The position numbers were made by a program, and so were the translations under genes. Source: Mobula hypostoma (taxonomy: Eukaryota). From it: a stretch of 64,000 nucleotides of DNA. How positions within the stretch are numbered: the first letter of the stretch is position 1; the number at the start of each line of letters is the position of its first letter. Below the pieces are notes generated by a model. It was not told where the DNA came from. It worked only from the letters and a program-made list of their open reading frames with translations, and made no database searches. Below are positions 25,130-37,094 of the stretch, in pieces. The stretch is from contig NC_086097.1 in assembly GCF_963921235.1 (NCBI RefSeq), positions 135,472,001-135,536,000 on the forward strand. The letters run 5' to 3'.

Positions 25130-28050
25130 TAAAGGACCCGAGGGGGACCAATATTCTCAGGGGCAAGCTTGTTAGAGCTGGTGAGGAGGGTTTAACTAAT
25201 TTGGCTGGGGGGTGGGAACTGGAGTGAAGGGTCTCAGAATAGGATGGATGGTTTTAAAAAAAGCAAAGATAGGGTGCAGTCAGACTGCTGGGAGGGCAGG
25301 CAGACGATGGACAAAATTGCAGCCAGCAGGGTGAGTATCAGTGCATTAAGATGCAGAATCAAAAAGGGTAGCAAATGCAGTACTCAAAGTGTTATATCTC
25401 AATGCACAGAGTACAAGAAATAAGGTGGATGATCTTGTTGCACTATTACAGATTGTCAGGTGTGATGATGTGGTCATCACTGAATTGTTGCTGAAGGATG
25501 GTTGCAGTTGGGAGCTGAATGTATTGGCGGGATGGGAAGGTAGGCAGAGGGGGTGGCGTGGCTCTGCTGGTAAAGAATGGCATCAAATCATTAGAAAGAT
25601 GTGACATAGGATTGGAAAATGTTGAATTGTTGTGGGTTGAGTTACGAAACTGCAAGAGAGAAAGGACCTTGATGGTAGTTATATACAGGCCTCCCAACAC
25701 TAGCTGGGAGGTGGATCACAGATTACAACAGGAAATAGAAAAGGCTTGTCAAAAGGGCAAAGTTATGATAGTCACGGGAGATTTTAACATGCAGGTAAAT
25801 TGAGAAAATCAGGTTGGTAATGGATCTTAACAGAGTGAATTTGGTGAATGTCTACGAGATGGCTTTTAAGAGTAGCTTGTCGTTGAGCCTACTAGGGAAT
25901 TAGCTATACTGTACTGGGTATTATGTAATGAACTGGAGGTGATTAAGGAGCTTAAAGGTAAATAAACCCTTAGGAGGTAGTGATCACAATATTATTGAGT
26001 TCAACTTGAAATTTGATAGGGAGAAAGTAGTCTGATGTAGCAGTATTTCAGTTGAGTAAAGGAAATTACAGTACGAGAGAGGAGTTTGCCAAATTAAATT
26101 GGAAGAAGATGGTGGCAGGGATGAAAGCAGACTAGCAATGGCTTGAGCTTCTGGGAAAAATGAGGAAGGTGCAGGATAGGTGTATTCCAAAAAGAAAGAA
26201 ATACTCAAATGGCAAAATAGTACAACCATGGCTAAGGAGGGAAGTCAGAGATAATGTAAAAGCAAATGAGAGGGCATACAACAAAGCAAAAAATTAGTGC
26301 GAAGACAGAGGATTGGGAAGCTTTTAAAACCCTACAGAGAGCAACTAAAGTATCATTAGGAGGGAAAAGATGAAATATGAAAGCAAGCTAGGAAACAATA
26401 TCAAAGTGGATAGTAAAAGCTTTTTCCAAGTGTGTAAAAAATGAAAGAGAGATGAAAGTGGATATAGGACCAGTAGAAAATAAGGCCAGAGAAATAATAA
26501 TGGGGGCCAGGGAGATTGCAGATGAACTAAGTGAGTATTTTGCATCAGTCTTCACTGTGGAAGACACTAGCAGTGTGCCAGGTGTTGAAGGGTGTGAGAG
26601 AAGAGAAGTGAGTGCAGTTACTATAAGGAGGGAGAAGGTGCTGAAAAGACTGAAAGACCTAAAAGTACACAAATCACCAGGAACAGATAAACTGCACCCC
26701 AAGGTTCTGAAAGTAGAGATTGAGATTGTAGAGCAGTAGAGATTGTGGTGGCATTAGAAATGATCTTTCAAAAATCACTAGACTCTGGCATGGTTCCGGA
26801 GGACTAGAAAATTGCAAATGTCACTCCACTCTTCAAGAAAGGAGGAAGGCAGCAGAAAGGAAATTATAGACCAGTTAGCCTGACCTCAGTGGTTGGGAAG
26901 ATGTTGGAATCAATTTTTAAGGATGAGGTTATGGAATACTTGGTGACACAGGAAAGATGACATGGTTTCCTTAAGAGAAAATCTTGCCTGACGAACCTGC
27001 TGGAATTCTTTGAGGAGATTACAAGTAGGATAGATAAAGGGGATGCAGTGGATGTTGTAAGTTTGGACTTTCAGAAGGCCTTTGACAAGGTGCCACACAC
27101 CAGGTTGCTTACCTAGTTAAGAGCTATGGTATTACAGGAATGTTACTAGCATGGTTAGAGCAGTGGCTTGATGGGTAGGAGGCAGTAAGTGGGAATACAA
27201 GGATCTTTTTTCTGTTTGGCTGCCAGTGACTAGTGGTGTTCCACAAGGGTCAGTGTTGGGACTGCTGCTTTTTATGCTGTATACCAATGGTTTAGACAAT
27301 GAAACAGATGGCTTTGTTGCCAAGTTTGCAGATGATATGAAGATTGGTGGAGGGGCAGGTAGTGTTGAGGAAACGGGGAGCCTGCAGAAAAACTTAGATT
27401 AGGAAAATGGGCAAGAAAGGGGCAAATGAAATACAATGTTGGAAAATGCAAGGTATGCACTTTGGTAGAAGAAATAAATGTGTACACTATTTTCTAAAAA
27501 TGGAGAAAATCCAAAAATCTGAGATGCAAAGGGACTTAGGAGTCCTCATGCAGGACACCCTAAAGGTTAACTTGCAGGTTGAGTTGATGGTGGTGAAGGC
27601 AAATGCAATGTTAGCGTTCATTTAAAGAGGTCTGGAATACAAGAACAGGGATGTGATGCTGAGGCTTTATAATGCACTGGTGAGGCCTCACCTTGAGTAT
27701 TGTGAACAGTTTTGGGCTCCTAAACTAAGAAAAGATGTGCTCGCATTGGAGAGGGTCCAGAGGAGATTCACAAGGGTGATTCCAGGAACGAAAGGTTTAT
27801 CATATGAGGAACGTTTGATGGCTCTGGGCCTGTACTCGCTGCAATTTAGGAGGATGGGGGGGGGATCTCATTGAAACCTTTTGCATGTTGAAAGATCTTG
27901 ACAGTAGATGTGGAAAGGATATTTCCCATGGTGGGGTAGTATAGGACAAGCGGGCACAACCTCGGGATAGAGGGGTGTCCATTTAAAACAGAAATGCTCA
28001 GAAATTTCTTTAGCCAGGGGGCAGTGAATTTGTGGAATTTGTAACCACAG
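25130..28050 (+). mobile_element. Degenerate CR1 LINE (ORF1 end through ORF2)
   Basis: LYLNAQSTRNKVD, YRPPN, GDFN, KSPGTD, FADD and LVRPHLEYC, with many stops and frameshifts. Confidence 0.92.
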
Positions 28051-29539
28051 GGAGGAGGGAGCGATTGTATGAGATACCAAAGTGATGAATCATGGACTGT
28101 AGCTTTCAGAACCAGAATCAGGTTTATTATCACCAGCAAGTGATGTGAAATTTGTTAACTTGTTTTGATGGACTCTGATTCAAGATCTCTTTGGAAGACT
28201 TCTGCTGTTGCTTGCAAGGTGGGGGGGGGGGGCACGTTGGTATTTCTGTTGTCACGAGTGTGTATGGGGGAGGGAGACCGGGGCTTTGATGTTTCCATCA
28301 TTCATTCTATGGGGCTTCTTGTTTTCGTGGATGCCTGTGAAGAGTAGGAATTTCAGGTTGCATACTGTACACATTCTGATATTATAAATGAACCTTTGAA
28401 CACTTGCACAATCATATAGGTTGTCAGTCTTTATGTATGTTCTCAGAAAATAAAGAAAATATTTCTTTATTTTTCTGTAAATGGCTGCAAGAAACTGAAT
28501 ATATATATTTCAGTTTTTTTGACATTGACAACACCTGATTATGGACAGATACCAGTACATATCAACAAACTCCCATAAAACTAAGTTTAAAATTTTGATA
28601 TACGTACAATCATTCCTATGAACAGTAGAACTCCTCTCTCTCTCGCCCCGTTTTAGTAATTGTTTTCTCTTTTTGGTCTAGTGTGCTTTTTATACCATGT
28701 ATTATCATTCTGAGATTCTGAGGGGGTTTTATTTGTCATATAGAGTGATTTTGGTGTATTTGCCGACTTTCAGACAAAATCAACTTGAAGATGACTGCAA
28801 GAACAGCCTGTTCATTACCAGGTGATGGACTGTAACAAGATGTTGAATAATATGGCGTTGGAAAAATGGTTTTCTGGACCACCACTGCTAACGTGCAGAA
28901 CTCATGACTGAAGGGTTTTGGACTCGTGCTTAATCTGACCCATGCCTGATCATTTGGTACTAAGATGAGTAAATGCATTCAATATTAATGCTGCAGATGG
29001 TGCTGACAAAGCAACGCATCACCTGACAGTTGTCGAGTGAGTTGTTTTATAGACAACTCCATCTGCACAGTATAGCTGATGTCAATAGGGTTCACAAGCA
29101 GCCTTAACAAGTGAATAAGAGAAAAAGGTAAATAAGATGAGGACCTGCCCTGAAGTTAAATCAAAGTTTGCCAATTAGCTTTTTCACTCAAAGCAGGCAA
29201 GCATGAGCTCAAATATGGACAAGCGACTGACTGGATCTGAGGGCCTCTAAGTATATAAGAGTGACGCAGCCACAGTGGATAGCCGGAGACTTTTACCCCA
29301 GGGTGTACTGCAAGTGTCAGATATTAGTTGGCATAAATTTTAGGGTTGTGGGGAAAGTTTAAGGTAGAATTACAATTAAGTCTTTTCCCCGAAATACAAA
29401 TTGGTAGGTGCCTGAATTGTGCTGCCAGGGGAGGTGGTGGAAACAAATACAATACTACTATTTAAGGAGGATTTAGGCAGGCACAATGACAGGCAAGGAA
29501 TGGAGGCACATGAACCATGTGCAAGCAGATGAGATTGAA

Positions 29540-30945
29540 CTGAATTGAATTGACTTTATTTCTTGCATCCTTCATATTCACGAGGAGTAAAAATCTTTAT
29601 GTTACATCTCTATCTAAATGTGCCATGTGCGATCATAGTAATTTATAATAAATAGAACCGTCAATGTAATATAGAATACACTCAAATCAGCGCGAGTTCA
29701 TCAGTCTAATGGCCTGGTGGAAGAAGTTGTCCTGGAGCCAGTTGGTCCTGGCTTTTATGCTGGGGTACCGCTTCCCGGATGGTAGCAGTTGGAATAGATT
29801 GTGGTTGGGGTGACTTCGATCCCCAATGATCCTACACACCTGTCCTTGTAAATGTCCTGAATCATGGGAAATTCACAGCTACAGATGCGCTAGGCTGTCT
29901 GCACCACTCTCTGCAGAGTCCTGCGATTAAGGGAGGTGCAGTTCTCATACCAGGCAGTGATGCAGACAGTCGGGATACTCCCAACTGTGTAGAAAGGTCT
30001 TAGGATTTGGGGGCCCATACCAAACTTCCTCAACTGTCTGAGGTGAAAGAGGCGCTGGTGTGTATAGGCCATGTGAGGTCCTTGGTGATGTGGATGCCGA
30101 GGAACTTGAAGCTGTTTACTCTCTCAACCCCAGATCCATTGATGTCAATAGGAATTAGCCCGTCTCCATTCCTCCTGTAATCCACAACCAGCTCCTTTGT
30201 TTTTGCGACATTGAGGGAGAGGTTGTTTTCTTGACACCACTGTGTCAGAGAGATGACTTCTTCCCTGTAGGCCACCTCGTTATTGTTTGAGATTAGGCCA
30301 ATCAATGTAGTGTCGTCGGCAAATTTAATTAGCAGATTAGAGCTGTGGGTGGCGATACAGTCATGGGTATACAGGGAATAAAGGAGGGGACTCAGTACGT
30401 AGCCACGAGGGGCTCCTGTATTGAGAGCCGGAGGGCTGGAGGTGAGGGAGCCCACTCTTACAACCTGCCAGTGATCTGACAGGAAGTCCAGGATCCAGCT
30501 GCATAAGGTAGGGTCAAGGCCGAGGTCTCTGAGCTTCTTGTCAAGCCTGGATGAAACTATGGTGTTGAATGCTGAACTGTAGTCCAAGAACAGCATTCTC
30601 ACATAAGCATCCTTCTTCTCCAGATGTGTAAGGAGGGTATGTAGAGCAGTGGCTATTGCATCATTTGTCGATTGGTTGTGTTGGTAGGTGATTTTGGGTG
30701 GTAGCAAGCTGCAGATGTAATCCTTGACCAGCCTCTCAAAGCATTTGCTTATTATTGAGGTGAGTGTGACCGGACACCAGTCATTCAGGCACGTTACCTT
30801 GGTCTTTTTTGGTACAGGGACAATGGTGGATAACTTGAAGCAGGAGGGCACTCTACACTGGGAGAGGGAGATATGAAAAATATCAGTAAACACACCTGCC
30901 AGTTGTGCTGAGCACATCCTGAGAACTTGCCCTGGGATGTCGTTT
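29540..30945 (-). mobile_element. 5'-truncated Rex/Babar-type LINE
   Basis: 295-aa RT ORF at 30030-30917 (LFLDYSSAFNTI, LSPLLYSLYT, KFADDTT) followed by the C-terminal region and 3' UTR. Confidence 0.92.
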
Positions 30946-32109
30946 AAATTGGTATAATGGTGAGCACAGACATGGGCCCCTTCCTGTGCTTTACTGTTTT
31001 ATGTTCAAACATCTTATGTTCATCTTTTATGATATTAAAAGATTGATCAGAAAGCATTCTACATTCCCTCATATGCTTAGTTCACCACAGTTCAAGAGAT
31101 TCAAGTTCAATCCTGACCTCAGGTGCTGTTTGTGCGCAGTTTACATATTATCCCTGTGAATGCATGGGTTTACTCTGGTTTCCTACAACTGGTAGGTTAA
31201 CTGGCCACTGTAAATTGCAGGTGTGGGGTAGAAAGTTCAGGGAGTTAATGAGAATATGAAATGGGATGAATGTAGGATTAGTGTAAACAGGTGCCTGTAG
31301 CTCACACCAGGGACTCAATGGGTTGAAGAACCTGTTTCTTTGTCTCTCCCCATGACTCAAGTCAGTTTGCAAACAACTAATTCTTCATTTCAAATACGAC
31401 AGATGAAGAAGCTGACACAAAAAGATAACCAAGCTAAAGAAAATTAAGAACACGTTATCTGGACGCCAGCAGTCATGGGTCATCAGATCTTTGTGGAAAT
31501 GTTCACTTTCTGCCAAGGCAGGGGGAACGTTGGAGAGTCAGTGGCAGGTTTGGGGTCCAAATCTGAAGCAGCAGTATGGCCAGCAAAGTCTAAGGCCTAA
31601 CGGGGAAAACAGAAACAGCCACTGGCATTTTAAATTCAGCAATAAAATTGTCCAGTTGTATCTCCAAGCAATTCTGATTGCAATCTTTAAATGTTTAGCT
31701 GCATCATATAAAAAAGTTTAAGAGGTAGAAATATTAAAATTATCTCCCTGCTTCAACTGTTGTAGGAACTGTTGACTCATCTTTGGACAACCATTGGCCG
31801 AAATGCAGTTTGTGATTTAGTTTTTGGGGGCAATTGGGATTGTGTTGACTACTAACAATATGCCTTAATATGGCATTGCTAATTTTACACTGAGTGATGT
31901 GGCGAGATACCATGGTGGATGATGCACCAGCATTTGCATTACACTCACTAAAGCACGGAACTAAAATGATACAATTTATTTTTGGTCAATTCTTGGTCAG
32001 TCATTGTACAGGAGACCAAGGAGCTTTGTGAGGAAACCGAAGATTCCATCAGACTGAATTCAACGAGACATAAATCATCCTGCTATGATGCAGGGCTTTG
32101 GCAAGACTT

Positions 32110-33120
32110 CATCAAAACTACTCTGCACACTTCTAGTAAGTCTCTCTACAACTGGATCCCGACTTCCTCAAAGACCGCTGTCTGGGCGGATTGTTAATAA
32201 CTTCCATTACTCTACTCTCTCCACACCCATGACTGTGTTGCTACATATAGCTTAAATGCTACCTATAAATTTGCTGATGACACGACTATTGTCAACAGAA
32301 TTTCAGATGACGACGAGAAGGCGTAGAGGAGCGAGACATATCAGCTAGCTGAGTGGTATCACAGCAGCAAGCTCACACTCAACGTCAGTAAGACCACAGA
32401 ACTGATTGTGGACTTCAGAAAGGGTAAGACCAGGAAACACACATGAGTCTTCACAGAGGAATCAGATGTGGAAAGAGTAAGTAATTTCTATTTCTGGGTG
32501 TCAACATCTCTGAGGATCTGTCCTGGTCCCAACATATCTATGCAGTTACAAAGAGGGCATGACAGCAGCTATGTTTCATTAGGAATTTGAGGAGATCTGG
32601 TTTGTCACCAAGGCACTTGCAAACTTCTACAGAAATAGTCTGGAGCATTCTAAATGGCTGCATCTCCACCTGGGATTGCGGGGGGGGGGGTGGCGTGCGG
32701 GGAACTACTGCACAGGATTGAAAGAAACTGCAAAAAGCTGTGAACTCAGTCAGCTCAATCATGGAACTAGCCTCCATAGCATCCAGGACATCTTCATGGA
32801 GTGATGCCTCAAAAAAAACGGCATCTTTCATTAAGGGCCATTACCCAGGACATGCCCCCTTCTCATTGCTACCATCAGGAAGGAGGTACAGTAGCCTGAA
32901 GGCACACACTCAATGATTCAAGAACAACTTCTTCCCCTCTGCCATCAGATTTCTGAATGGACATTGAAACCATGAACACTACCTCACTACTTTTTTTTTG
33001 CACTGCTTATTTAAATTTTGTTATTAAGAAATAGTGTTATGCAGTTTTTATTATGTATTGCAACGTACTGCTGCTGCAAAAATAACAAATTTCACGACAT
33101 ATGCTGGTGATATCATTCTG
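32110..33120 (+). mobile_element. Degenerate Rex/Babar-type LINE 3' part
   Basis: KFADDTT at about 32268-32288; RRYSSLKAHTQ.FKNNFFPSA. Confidence 0.85.
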
Positions 33121-33519
33121 AAGTTCTAAGAATAGGGTAATTGTCCTGGAGGGAGTTTCACTGGACTAATTCCAGGGATGGCAGGCTTTCTGCACAAGGG
33201 GTAGAATAAGCAAGGGCTGAATTTGCTACAGTTTAGAAAAATGAAAGGAGATCTCTTTGAAACTCAAACAATTTTTATGCCTGGTGCCGGGAGAAGGGTG
33301 AAGGGGCCCAGAATCAGGGCTCAACCTCAGAATTAGAAAGCCATTTAGGATTGAGATGAGAACAAATTCCTTAACGCAAGGCTAAGGAAGCTCAGTCATT
33401 GAGTTCATTTAAAATGAAAGTTAATAAGATTAGACTAACTGAATGGGAGAGCAGCACCAAGAGCCAAATGACCTACACCTGATACACACTTTCTCTTGGG
33501 ACAAAACAGGAGTTACTTG

Positions 33520-34079
33520 TGTAAGGGTTTCTCTTTCATATTAACTGCTAAGGCTAATAAAATGGCTTCTCTGTAGCAGCATGTTTGGGTTATAGGTAGA
33601 GATAACGGGACTTTGGAATTCAGTTGCTGACCAATGGGCGAGATGTTATTCTTTCTTGTTTGTGTGAAAGCTATTGGTTTTCGCAGGCTTTGGGGAGAAG
33701 GCGTGAGGGGAATGAAGAGAGGAAACGCGACTTGAGGAGTCGGTGGGCTGCCCGACCCTTCGGGCTCCGGCGGGAGCCGGAGGTCAACGACAATCGAAGG
33801 AGGAATCAGCAAAGGAAAACCATGAGCTCCAATGAATTGTGCATGAACCGATTAAATAAATTCCTGGCGCCTTTTATTTTGTATTTTGTTCTCTACTACT
33901 CATAGTCCAAGTAAGAGTTATAAAATCTTACTTGTTTAACCGCATAGTGTGTACTGTTTGTTATTTCAGGGTACTGATTTGACACAGGGGGACACTTCAC
34001 GCAGCATCCACCCAAACGTTTGGCCGGGCAGGGGGTTACCATGCCTGAGATCATGCCACTAGGCAAAGCGAGTGTCACA
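33520..34079. mobile_element. Solo LTR, 560 bp
   Basis: Ends TGTAA...TCACA; 4-bp flanks cttg/ctta; CpG-retaining interior; internal aataaa; no coding sequence. Confidence 0.65.
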
Positions 34080-34374
34080 CTTAAAAGAAAGGAAAAGAGA
34101 CAGAAATGGAACTGCTTGAAACAGAAATTTAAATTCCATGATGAATCAGAGTAAACCTATTAACTATTTTCATTCACCACTTTAATAAAGCCACCAATTA
34201 GCATCTCACAGGGAACAGACGGTTCATTATTGTATAGATTTAGATTCTAAACATCAAGTGCCCAGCGGTAACAGATCAGCTTAGTGATGCAGTTATATTT
34301 TTTTTATTTGAGCTGCTTAAAAATGGCTTTGGTTATAAACAAAACATTCCACCCAGTTGTCATTTCTGTCTAGA

Positions 34375-34765
34375 GTTTCCTTTGAGATTCCCTTGTCCAT
34401 TCATCCCTCCCCACTAATCTCTCTCCTGGCACTTAACTCTGCAAGCCAAAATGCTGCACCTGCCCATTCACCTCCTCCCTCATCTCCGTTCTGGGCCCCA
34501 AGCAGTCCTTGCAAGCGAGGCAACACTTCACCCAAGAACCTGCTCAGGTCATCTACTACTTCCAGTGGTCCCGACGCAGCCTCTTCTACATTGGTGAGAC
34601 GTGACGTAGGCTGAGGACTGCCTTGTGGAGCACCTTCACTCCATCTGCATAAAGCGGGATTTCCCAGTTGCCAACCATTTTAATTCCAATCCCCATTACC
34701 ATTCCAATATGTTGGTCGATGGGCTCCTCTACTGCCATGATAAAACCATTCTCAGGCTGGAGATA
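34375..34765 (+). mobile_element. Penelope-like GIY-YIG fragment
   Basis: SLFYIGET and EHLHSICIKRDFPVANHFNS. Confidence 0.8.
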
Positions 34766-35305
34766 TGTAGCCCACATCCTGACTACTGTTTGGAGACCTG
34801 TACATAACTACCATCAGGGTCTTTTTACCCTTGAGGTTTCTTAACTCTACCCAGAAGGATTCTACATCTTCTAATGCTTTGTCACCTCTGAGGATTTGAT
34901 TTCACTTTTACCAACAGAGCCACACCATCTGTCTGGCTACCTGCATGTCCTTTCAATACAAAGTGTATCCTTTAATATTAAGCTCCAAACTATAATCTTC
35001 TTTCAGCCACGACTCAGTGATGCCCACATCATAACCGCCAATCTCTAACTGTGCTACAAGATTATTTACCTTATATTTGAATGCACAGTAAACAGAATAA
35101 CACCTTCAGTCCTGTATCGATCTCTCTTTACAATTTTATCCCCCTGTTACACTGCAACTCATTCCACTGACTGCAATTTTGCCCCATCACCTGCCTGTCA
35201 AACTTCTTGACAATCTCACTACACAATGCCTCTGCTTATAAACCAACAGACCTATCCCTCGGCCCTTTCATTCTGGATCCCACCGCCCTGCCAATTAGTT
35301 TAAAC

Positions 35306-37094
35306 CAGAGTATCCCAAACTTTTTTAGCCCAATACCCCCCCCAAATAATTGTCAAACTTGCCAGGATCCCCCAAAGCAGCTTCATACTTGCTAATGCCC
35401 CTCTTAGGCACAATATATTTCCCAGCGTCCACAAAGTGTAAAAACATGTCTACCATATGCCAACATGAGAAAAATGATTCAGCTTTAAATTTGTATTTGT
35501 CTTTAAACCTAGCTTACACAATAGCTGTGTACTATACAGCAGCTTCAATATCAATATGATCCTTGAGCTTGATGGGTTTTAGCAAGAGTTGAAATATCTT
35601 ATTCAAGTTGTGACAGCAAAAGCCTCAAGTTGCCATGCATTGCAATGTCCAAGCAGTTTCTGTTTTTTTGTGAGTATGTGGTTCACTGCACTGAAGCCTC
35701 TTTCAACAAGGTAGGAGAAAGGAAATGCAATGAAGAACAGTTTGGCTCTTCTCCAAAGACCAGGAAACTTTGTATCACAGTGCAATCACATACCAAAAAA
35801 AGCCAACATTTTTGAAAAGCATTTTGGCTTCGTCATCATTCTGAATTTTGATCATTTCTTCTTGCAAGCTCTCTTCCTATTTTCCACTTTGCAAAGAAAT
35901 GTGTTAATTACCCAGTCTGGAATTTCCAGATCATTCAAACCCTTGAATCAATTCTGAAAATCTTTCTTCAGTGACTGTAGGTATAAGCAGTACTCTTGCA
36001 AATCACTGCCTGTGAAAGAGAATGCCATACCTTCCATGCAGGGAAACTGTGAGAACATTCTTCTCCCAATGTTTTGGTTATATGTTTCCAATGAAAGTGG
36101 ACACTGCACTCATCCAGTTGTGTCCCAAATTCTGTTTTTTGTAGCTCTGTGCAGAGTTGATGCTCAATGTCTTCACTCATTTGGTCATTACAACAGCTAC
36201 AACATTATTACTCAGAGCAACTGATTTTAAGATATTGGTATCCTTTTTGAGAATAGTGGTGAGCACTTCTGACACAGCAGGCATTATTAATCTTTTGCAA
36301 ATTGAATAAGATTTTCCACACTTTGCTGTCAGTTTGGAAATGTTATAAGAAGCAATGAGACTACTATCAAGGTCATTTTTAGCCTTCTTAGCCAACGACT
36401 CAAGTGTGAAAGATTTTCAAATGCTTCTTTCATCTTCTGGAACTGAGTAATACCATAAGTAGCGTTATCAGGGTGTCTTTTACAGAAGTGGTCCTGCAAT
36501 CCTGATAAACACAAAATAATCTGCAGATGCTGGGGTCAAAGCAACACTCACAACACGCTGGAAGAACTCAGCAGGTCAGGCAGCATCCGTGGAAACGTCG
36601 ACTGATCGTTTCCACGGATGCTGCCCGACCTGCTGAGTTCCTCCAGCGTGTTGTGAGTGCTGCAATCTTGACAGTTTCACGGCTTCACTAGACAGTACAG
36701 TATTACAAATAAGACACATGGGGCATCGCTGACCTGACAGGAACTAAATAAAACCAAACTTCAGGTATGTAACATCGTATTGACGCACTTTCTGTAGTTT
36801 CTGTTTCTTAGCAGGTTAGAATTCAAGGCTTCACCACCTTCAGACTCAGAGATCGCGCTGTACATATTTATGTATCATTAACGGCGCTAAATTAAAATTA
36901 AAAAAAACCGGCAAACTGGGAATGCCCATCGGATGTTGACGGCAGTGAGTCCACACAATTGAGCAGGTCTCGTGCCTCAAGTTAGGGGGCCACTTACTGA
37001 TCCTCCTCCCCAAAGAATCTTGAATCTCCCCCCTCAAAACCATTTCCCCTAATGCCCCCAAAGGGCATGTAACTGCCCCCATTGTGAAACTCTG
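35306..37094 (-). mobile_element. Internally deleted hAT (Charlie/Buster, ZBED5-like) transposon
   Basis: TIRs cagagtatcccaa / ttgtgaaactctg; 8-bp TSD gtttaaac / gtttaatc; transposase remnants ASYNISKL.AKCGK, EFGTQLDE and FPFSYLVERGFS. Confidence 0.9.
36506..36659. repeat. Inverted Penelope terminal-repeat insertion forming a 53-bp hairpin
   Basis: Arms 36545-36597 and 36607-36659 with 2 mismatches; 12-bp TSD ctgcaatc(c/t)tga at 36494-36505 and 36660-36671. Confidence 0.9.

Larger units (their letters stand above)
6435..29022 (-). pseudogene. Decayed multi-exon CCDC142-like gene (unprocessed pseudogene)
   Basis: Collinear exon remnants, several with splice sites: about 29022-28735 (RKPFFQRHIIQHLV), 22503-22075 (MGQIMLLLASERQSQCAA), 17537-17243 (EFQGQYLS; donor gtaagc), about 17123-17021, about 14276-14170 (LQNTSL...*KRSFLSMEND), 13918-13769 plus 9392-9111 (..KRRWRILITPK), 9002-8946 plus 8132-8005 (..LLRHLCITKVQFS; donor gtaagt), 7866-7727 (..RIKGVLMGL), 6624-6435 (EVYWPEQQHYLFECKQHQLP..LPYPFC). 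Many stops and frameshifts. The family call is from recalled motifs, not a search. Confidence 0.6.

Noticed and set aside
35306..37094. Domesticated ZBED5/SCAND3-like host gene
   Set aside because: TIRs and TSD are present and the frame is broken and internally deleted, so it is a transposon fossil.
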